Shown one piece after another: positions 30,680 through 40,108 of a stretch of DNA of 40,108 bases (the stretch's first letter is position 1; each line of letters opens with the position of its first letter). This DNA comes from Eledone cirrhosa. Taxonomy: Eukaryota. The stretch covers positions 1-40,108 of the forward strand of contig CAXHJY010000909.1 of NCBI GenBank assembly GCA_964016885.1, given 5' to 3'. The notes below the pieces were generated by a model. It ran no database searches, had not been told where the DNA came from, and saw only the letters and a program-made list of their open reading frames with translations. The position numbers were made by a program, and so were the translations under genes.

Positions 30680-31565
30680 TTAGTTATACTATTTATGGTT
30701 ATGTAAATACAAGACCTTAAGCAGTTGTAAGTATTTTACACACACCCTAAATAGTGGTAGGCAGTATTGTATTACTACCTTATTACCAGTAAGTTAAGTA
30801 GCTCAATGTAAAAACATCAGATGATTTACAGAGCAGTTATAACTCCCCTTTGCCACACACACACTTCCGGGCGGTATTCAATGGCGTTTCTAGAAACTAA
30901 CAAATCTCCTGTATCGAACTAAAGAACACCAGACTACGATCTCTAACTGGATTGTCGTGGATTATGTGAAGGGCATATAATCGAAAAATACACTCCCCTG
31001 ACCATGAAAATGCCGAAGTGCATGAAATACTTGACATCCCTGCGCTGTGCATCTCCATTACTTATAACACTTTTAATGCTTGCACTATCTTTAATGCTTA
31101 TAATATTTCTCCACACAGACTATATCAATCATATAAAGAATTTGCCACCAGATCTACCAACCTAACACTCTTATTTACCTACCTAAGTGCCTCTACCACA
31201 CATATCTCTCTGCCACACTGTATAAACAAGACGCACATGCGTGCCACACATATAACATTTGCACTATATAACCGCTTATCTTCATGTTGTATTTTAACCT
31301 ATATTTTGATTTTTGATTGTACCTATTAATATAAATGTAATCTCGAAGTGTGTACTGCCACTCTAAATTCTGTAATGAATGTTGACCCACAATATTTGCA
31401 TATGTATCAATGTTTGAATATGTATTGGTATGTCTCTCGGCTGAAAAGGAGGTCACATAACTGTCCATGCATTAATAAATTGCTCCGAAGAATCCAAACC
31501 TCGGTTTGGAGGAAACAGCTGTAAGCACAATAATGTTTTGAACAGTTCTTTGATTCTTATATTTC
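30680..31565 (+). mobile_element. Probable Penelope-like 3' UTR/pLTR fragment
   Basis: ~0.9-kb non-coding unique block ending in a hammerhead-like motif, flanked by (TA)n; boundaries inferred. Confidence 0.45.
31481..31527 (+). ncRNA. Degenerate type I hammerhead motif (core U4>C)
   Basis: UGCU | CCGAAGA | A-UCCAAACC-UC-GGUUUGGA-G | GAAACAGCUGUA | AGCA. Confidence 0.6.
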
Positions 31566-31577
31566 ATATATATATAT

Positions 31578-31945
31578 ATCATCATCATCATCATCATCAT
31601 CAGGTTTAGCGTCCGTGTTCCACGCTTGCATGGGTTTGGACGGGGGTTTTCCCACTTGAGGCAGAGTGGTTGTCTTGCTCGCATTAGGACTGTCTGGCGG
31701 GTTTTCTACAGTTGGATGCCCTTCCTAACACCAACCACATTTACAGTGTGGGGCTGGGAGGTTTTTACCGTGTTGCCTACACGGCCACATTACAGCGTGG
31801 ACTGTCTGGCGGGTTTTCTACAGCTGATGCCCTTCCTAACACCAACCACATTTACAGTGTGGGGCTGGGAGGTTTTTACCGTGTTGCCTACACGGCCACA
31901 TTTACAGCGTGGACTGTGTGTTTTTTGTCGTGACACCTACACGAT
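31578..31945 (-). mobile_element. Diverged relative of the SINE 3' half with an internal 112-bp tandem duplication
   Basis: (CAT)n tail, GCGTCCGTGTTCCACGCTTGCATGGG, GATGCCCTTCCTAACACCAACC; repeat starts at 31687, 31799, 31911. Confidence 0.8.
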
Positions 31946-32111
31946 CTCATTTGTTTCGGCCTGGATGTTGTGGGACCAACATAACTTTACATTGAAAGGG
32001 GCGGTGTTGGGTGGGGTGGAGGTGGGAAATGTGGTAATGAACCAGGTGGACCATAACGCACCAAAGTACTCAATACTTAGGGTAGTAGAGTGGGTAATAT
32101 ATATAATATGT

Positions 32112-32142
<31 letters not shown>

Positions 32143-32239
32143 TATCCATGGCGTTCTTTATTAAATGCAAATAAAATTAATCATCGCGCTATTTAAATTT
32201 ATCTGTAATTACTTACAAAATTATTGTTAACATATCTTG

Positions 32240-32331
32240 GGATATATATATAATTATATATATATATATATGTGTGTATATATATATATATATAAGGGTG
32301 GGATATATATATTTATATATATATGGGTGTG

Positions 32332-32371
<40 letters not shown>

Positions 32372-32564
32372 AGTGTGTATATATATATATACATGTGTGT
32401 GTGAATGCATATATGTATGTATAATATATATATATATATACATATATACATTGTGTGTCTTATATATATATATATATATATACACATGTATACACGTATA
32501 TATATTTATATGTAAAATGAATGTTTAAAGGATGATGATATATATATATACATATATATATATG

Positions 32565-32610
<46 letters not shown>

Positions 32611-32614
32611 TATG

Positions 32615-32708
<94 letters not shown>

Positions 32709-32825
32709 AGTGGATATATTTATATTAATTAATAAAACTCTAAATTAGTATTTTTTAATTATCAACTCATTGTTTGTTTCAATATAATATCATTACATGT
32801 ATATATATATATATATATATACACA

Positions 32826-32862
<37 letters not shown>

Positions 32863-32903
32863 TTATATATGTATATATATATATATATATATACACACAC
32901 TTA

Positions 32904-32945
<42 letters not shown>

Positions 32946-32980
32946 TAGTGTATATATAAATTATATATACACTATATACA

Positions 32981-33018
<38 letters not shown>

Positions 33019-33207
33019 TATATACAGTATGTATATATATATATACACTATATATGAGGTTGTCCAAGAGAAAGGCAATGCTGATACAGCTTGGCACCAG
33101 TGACATTGTACATATATATATACACTATATATATACATTATATATACACTTTGTACAGTATATATATATATATACATATATATATATACATATACATATA
33201 CATATAC

Positions 33208-33244
<37 letters not shown>

Positions 33245-33350
33245 CATGTGTGTATATACATATATATATACACACACACACATATATATACATATATATG
33301 TGTGTGTATATATATTAAAACATATATTTGATATATATATATATATCAAA
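32240..33350. repeat. (TA)n/(GA)n microsatellite field
   Basis: Direct reading. Confidence 0.9.
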
Positions 33351-33366
33351 TATGTTTTAATTTCTT

Positions 33367-35012
33367 ACACACTACACTGCCGCGCCGCGCCCGCCGCCCA
33401 CGCCCCACCCCACCCCCACCCCGCCCCGCCCCGCCCCGCCCCGCCCCGCCCGCCCCGCCCCGCCCCCGCCCCCGCCCCGCACCACACCACACCACACCAC
33501 ACCACACCACACCACACCACACCACACCACACCACACCACACCACACCACACCACACACCACACCACACCACACACACCACACCACACCACACCACACCA
33601 CACCACACCACACCACACCACACCACACCACACCACACCACACCACACCACACCACACCACACCACACCACACCACACCACACCACACCACACCACACCA
33701 CACCACACCACACCACACACACCACACCACACCGCACCGCACCGCACCGCACCGCACCGCACTACACTACACTACACTACACTACACTACACTACACTAC
33801 ACTACACTACACTACACTACACTACACTACACTACACTACACTACACTACACTACACTACACTACACTACACTACACTACACTACACTACACTACACTAC
33901 ACTACACTACACTACACTACACTACACTACACTACACTACACTACACTACACCACACTACACCACACTACACCACACCACACCACACCACACCACACCAC
34001 ACCACACCACACCACACCACACCACACCACACCACACCACACCACACACACCACACCACACCACACACACTACACTACACTACACTACACTAACCCCACT
34101 ACACTACACCACACCACACCACACCACACCACACCACACCACACCACACCACACCACACCACACCACACCACACCACACCACACCACACCACACCACACC
34201 ACACCACACCACACCACACCACACCACACCACACACCACACCACACCACACCACACCACACCACACCACACCACACCACACCACACCACACCACACACCA
34301 CACCACACCACACCACACCACACCACACCACACCACACCACACCACACCACACCACACCACACCACACCACACCACACACACCACACCACACCACACCAC
34401 ACCACACCCACACCACACCACACCACACCACACTACACTACACTACACTACACTACACACTACACTACACTACACTACACTACACTACACTACACTACAC
34501 TACACTACACTACACTACACTACACTACACTACACTACACTACACTACACTACACTACACTACACTACACTACACTACACTACACTACACTACACTACAC
34601 TACACTACACTACACTACACTACACTACACTACACTACACTACACCACACCACACCACACCACACCACACCACCACACCACACCACACCACACCACCACC
34701 ACACCACCACACCACCACACCACACCACACCACCCACACCACACCACACCACACCACACCACACCACACCACACCACACCACACCACACCACACCACACC
34801 ACACCACACCACACCACACCACACACCACACCACACCACACCACACCACACCACACCACACCACACCACACCACACCACACCACACCACACCACACCACA
34901 CCACACCACACCACACCACACCACACCACACCACACCACACCACACCACACCACACCACACACACCACACCACACCACACCACACCACCACCACACCACC
35001 ACACCACACCAC
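33367..35012. repeat. Compound pentanucleotide array (CGCCC)n-(CACCA)n-(CCGCA)n-(CACTA)n
   Basis: Direct reading. Confidence 0.96.
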
Positions 35013-35134
35013 AGTCCACCTCAGATACCGCTACTCTCTGACTCTCTGCCAAATCCAAGAAACGCTGAAATTGACTTTAATTGTTCCCGAGACAAGATAT
35101 TAGTTATTGGAGCTGGCACCAGGTGGTGCTGTTT

Positions 35135-35148
35135 GTTGCCATGGAGAC
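35135..35148 (-). promoter_or_regulatory. Candidate RFX X-box
   Basis: GTCTCCATGGCAAC on the minus strand fits GTYNCC-AT-RGNAAC. Confidence 0.35.
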
Positions 35149-35174
35149 TGGCAATCACCAGTATTGTCTTGATT

Positions 35175-36260
35175 ATCACCTCCACCACCACCACCATCAT
35201 TATTAACCATCACCACCACCATTAAACCACCACCACCACCACACCACCACCACACCACCATTATTAAACCATCACCTCCACCACACCACCATCATCATTA
35301 TTAAACCATCACCACCATCATTAAACCATCATCACCACCACCATCACCACCATCCTCACCACCATCACCATTAAACCACCACCACCACCACCACCATCAT
35401 CACCATCACCACCATCATCACCATTAAACCATCACCATTAAACCACCACCACCACCACCACCACCATCACCATCATCATTAAACCATCATCACCATCACC
35501 ACCACCATTAAACCACCACCACCACCACCATCACCATCATCACCATCCTCACCACCATCACCATTAAACCATCACCACCACCACCACCACACCACCACCA
35601 CCATCATTAAACCATCAACACCACCACCACCACCACCACCATCACCACCACCACCATCATTAAACCATCATCCTCACCACCATCACCATTAAACCATCAC
35701 CACCACCACCACCACCACCACCACACCACCATCATTAAACCATCATCACCACCACACCACCACCATTAAACCATCACCACCACCACCACCACACCACCAT
35801 CATTAAACCATCATCACCACCACAACCACCACCACCATCACCACCACACCACCACCACCATCAACACCACCACCACCACCACCATCACCATCATCACCAT
35901 CACCACCACCATCAACACCACCACCACCATCATCACCATCACCATCACCATTAAACCATCACCACCATCACCACCACCACCATCACCACCATCATCACCA
36001 TCACCACCATCATCACCACCACCACCATCATCACCATCACCACCATCATTAAACCATCATCACCACCACACCACCATCACCACCACCGCCACCACCGCCA
36101 CCACCACCACCACCACCATCACCACCATCATCACCATCACCACCATCATCACCACCACCACCATCACCACCACCACCACACCACCATCATTAAACCACCA
36201 CCACCACCACCAAAGCTATCATCATCATCATTGTTTATGAGCCCCAGCGTCATCATCACC
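35175..36260. repeat. (CAC/CAT)n trinucleotide repeat punctuated by ATTAAAC
   Basis: Direct reading. Confidence 0.93.
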
Positions 36261-36263
36261 ATG

Positions 36264-36299
<36 letters not shown>

Positions 36300-36307
36300 C
36301 ACATATA

Positions 36308-36342
<35 letters not shown>

Positions 36343-36374
36343 ACATGTATATACATATATATATATATACATAT

Positions 36375-36520
<146 letters not shown>

Positions 36521-36525
36521 GTGTG

Positions 36526-36575
<50 letters not shown>

Positions 36576-36604
36576 TACATATATATGTGTGTATATATAT
36601 ATAC

Positions 36605-36654
<50 letters not shown>

Positions 36655-36672
36655 GCATATATATATATATAT

Positions 36673-36751
<79 letters not shown>

Positions 36752-36763
36752 TATATATATGTG

Positions 36764-36813
<50 letters not shown>

Positions 36814-36914
36814 CACCAGACATTACCCCCCCCCCATCAACACCTTCCCCCCTAACATCTTTGTCTTGTGTTAATGAACAAAAGACTGTTAGCACAACAC
36901 CACACCACACCACA

Positions 36915-38822
36915 CATATATACACTTTGTACAGTATATATACTCTATCTACAGTATATATACATTATATACACTTTGTACAGTATATATACATTATATA
37001 TATACACTATGTACAGTATATATACATTATATATACACTTTGTACAGTATATATACATTATATATACACTATGTACAGTATATATACTCTATGTACAGTA
37101 TATATACATTATATACACTATGTACAGTATATATACATTATATATACACTTTGTATAGTATATATACATTATATATACACTATATACACTATATATATTA
37201 TATATACACTTTGTACAGTATATATACATTATATATACACTATATACACTATATATACATTATATATACACTTTGTACAGTATATATACACTATATATAC
37301 ATTATATATAGACTTTATACAGTATATATACATTATATATACACTTTGTACAGTATATATACATTATTTATACACTTTGTACAGTATATATACATTATAT
37401 ATAGACTTTGTACAGTATATATACATTATATATACACTTTGTACAGTATATATACATTATTTATACACTTTGTACAGTATATATACATTATGTATACTCT
37501 ATGTACAGTATATATACATTATATATAGACTTTGTACAGTATATATACATTATATATACACTATATACACTATATATACATTATTTATACACTTTGTACA
37601 GTATATATACATTATATATACACTATATACACTATATATACATTATATATACACTTTGTACAGTATATATACATTATATATACACTTTGTACAGTATATA
37701 TACACTATATACACTATATATACATTATATATACACTTTGTACAGTATATATACATTATATATACACTGTATACACTATATATACATTATATATACACTT
37801 TGTACAGAATATATACACTATATATACATTATATATAGACTTTGTACAGTATATATACATTATATATACACTTTGTACAGTATATATACATTATTTATAC
37901 ACTTTGTACAGTATATATACATTATATATAGACTTTGTACAGTATATATACATTATATATACACTTTGTACAGTATATATACATTATTTATACACTTTGT
38001 ACAGTATATATACATTATATATAGACTTTGTACAGTATATATACATTATATATACACTTTGTACAGTATATATACATTATATATACACTATGTACAGTAT
38101 ATATACATTATATACACTTTGTACAGTATATATACTCTATGTACAGTATATATACATTATATACACTTTGTACAGTATATATACTCTATGTACAGTATAT
38201 ATACATTATATATACACTTTGTACAGTATATATACATTATATACACTTTGTACAGTATATATACTCTATGTACAGTATATATACATTATATATACACTTT
38301 GTACAGTATATATACATTATATATACACTATATACACTATATATACATTATATATACACTATATACAGTATATATACATTATATATACACTTTGTACAGT
38401 ATATATACATTATATATACACTATGTACAGTATATATACATTATATATACACTATGTACAGTATATATACATTATATATACACTATGTACAGTATATATA
38501 CATTATATATACACTGTACAGTATATATACATTATATATACACCTTGTACAGTATATATACATTATATATACACTATGTACAGTATATATTATACACTAT
38601 ATATGATGTCCAAGAGAAAGGCAATGGCTGATACAGCTTGGCTCCAGTGACATTGCAACATATATATACACTTTGTACAGTATATATACATTATATATAT
38701 ACACTATGTACAATATATATACATTATATATGTTGTATACTTGTATATACTCTATGTACTGCAAATGTATGATACATTATATATATATTATATATACACT
38801 ATGTACAGTATATATATATATA
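36915..38822. repeat. Complex ~31-bp minisatellite (TATATACATTATATATACACTTTGTACAGTA)
   Basis: Direct reading; variant sub-units. Confidence 0.93.
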
Positions 38823-38904
38823 TGCTGTACGGTTCATATATATTTGATATATATTTATCCTTATCGAGCCCTCTTTGGATTTTAGTCTTCAAATTTATTA
38901 TTAT

Positions 38905-38947
<43 letters not shown>

Positions 38948-38955
38948 ACACGTAT

Positions 38956-39213
38956 AAGATGGCGTAAGACAGAACAAAGGAGAGGCACAAAAACAAAGAA
39001 AAGAATTCCCAGTCACTGAAGAGGTCACAGAATGTGTGACGAAAGAACTTTGACAATATATGAACAACCGTCTCCGGTTGTGGAACCAATCAACCAACCA
39101 ACCGGAAATTTATAAATTCTTAAATTTATTAATTGAATTTATAATAAATTGGAGTGAAAGCAACTGGTGCGTGTGTTTCTTATTGGCAACATGACCCTAC
39201 CAAAGCATAACAA
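38956..39213 (+). mobile_element. Dispersed hammerhead-bearing element, copy 2
   Basis: Homologous to 3044-3277 with the same boundaries. Confidence 0.85.
39012..39054 (+). ncRNA. Minimal type I hammerhead motif identical to 3100-3142
   Basis: GUCA-CUGAAGA-G-GUCACA-GAAUG-UGUGAC-GAAAGAACUU-UGAC. Confidence 0.65.
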
Positions 39214-39239
39214 TGTATATAAATGAAAATATAGAAATT

Positions 39240-39342
39240 AATTGTTTCTACTTTAGGCACAAGGCCAGCAATTACCCAGTGCATTACTGGTACTTTATTT
39301 TATCGATCCCGTAAGGATGAAAGGCAAAGTCAACCTCGGTGG
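39240..39342 (-). mobile_element. Deu/Nin-domain SINE 3' fragment
   Basis: Minus strand CCGAGGTTGACTTTGCCTTTCATCCTTACGGGATCGATAAAATAAAGTACCAGT resembles the Deu/Nin SINE domain. Confidence 0.7.
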
Positions 39343-39520
39343 GTGAGCAAGAAGCCAACAGTATTTCATAATATATGAGTGACTATAATGTCAAAATGGA
39401 AAATATTTAACCTAAGATATGGGAAAATAATTCAAACTCAATTAAAAAAAAATCAAGACAGAGTATTGAGTACTCTGGTGTGTTATGGTACATCTGGTTC
39501 CTTACCACAACTCCTTCGTT

Positions 39521-39955
39521 CATCACCATCATCATTTTATGTCCGCTTTTCCCTGCTTGCAAGGGTGGGACAGGAAATGATTCTGGCTTGATTTCTACAG
39601 CTGGATGCCCTCCCTAACACCAACCTCATTTACAGTGAGTGCTGGGTGCTTTTTTGCCGTGGCACCTCCACGACCACTTTACAGTGAGTGCTGGGTGCTT
39701 TTTTGCCGTGGCACCTCCACGACCACTTTACAGTGAGGGCTGGGTGCTTTTTTGCTGTGGCACCTCCACGACCACTTTACAGTGGAATGATAGGGACCCC
39801 AGTCCCTATCATCTCATTTCTACAGCTGAGTAAACTGGAGCAATGTGAAATAAAGTGTCTTGCTCAAGGAAACAACACATCACCCGGTCTGAGAATTGAA
39901 CTCACAACCTTTCGATTGCAAGGCCAATGCTCTAACCACTAAGCCATGTGCCTCC
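39521..39955 (-). mobile_element. Full-length tRNA/CORE-type SINE with 3 x 49-bp repeats, tail type B
   Basis: Reverse complement of the 29877-30653 architecture. Confidence 0.93.
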
Positions 39956-40022
39956 ATATATGTGTATATATTTATATATATGCATTGCTTTATATGTGTA
40001 TATATATATATATGCATTGCTT

Positions 40023-40053
<31 letters not shown>

Positions 40054-40065
40054 ATATATATATAT

Positions 40066-40108
40066 GCATTGCTTTATATCTGGAGATCTCTCTGCACTTG
40101 TCGTCACA
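40066..40108 (+). mobile_element. Second fragment of the RTE-derived element (runs off window)
   Basis: GCATTGCTTTATATCTGGAGATCTCTCTGCACTTGTCGTCACA matches 22927-22969. Confidence 0.75.

Noticed and set aside
33054-35225. 723-aa His/Thr/Pro-rich ORF
   Set aside because: Pentanucleotide repeat translation with single-base slips and no coding signature
35175-36260. Gly- or His-rich structural protein exon
   Set aside because: Frequent ATTAAAC insertions and slips introduce stops and frameshifts; simple trinucleotide repeat

Overview
AT-rich animal genomic DNA, intronic or intergenic. It is probably an octopus or other cephalopod, inferred from the SINE/MITE motifs and not confirmed by a search. 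Roughly half is interrupted (TA)n/(CA)n microsatellite, and nearly all ORFs in the track are low-complexity artefacts; no intact protein-coding gene can be supported. The remainder is a transposon patchwork: five copies of a tRNA-headed CORE-type SINE carrying a variable 49-bp internal array (about 18, 30, 7, 10 and 3 units; not CRISPR), solo SINE/LINE 3' tails, a piggyBac-like MITE with a 72-bp satellite inside, R4/Dong-type endonuclease and RTE LINE fragments, and 65-, 80-, 112- and 132-bp tandem arrays. The strongest signal is RNA-level. By eye I find eight type I hammerhead ribozyme motifs (CUGAnGA-stem II-GAAA-short stem III-NUH, closed by stem I) in six sequence families. Two sit back to back in a 303-bp near-perfect palindrome and two lie in a dispersed ~240-bp element. 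This fits Penelope-like element/retrozyme relics; cleavage activity is untested.
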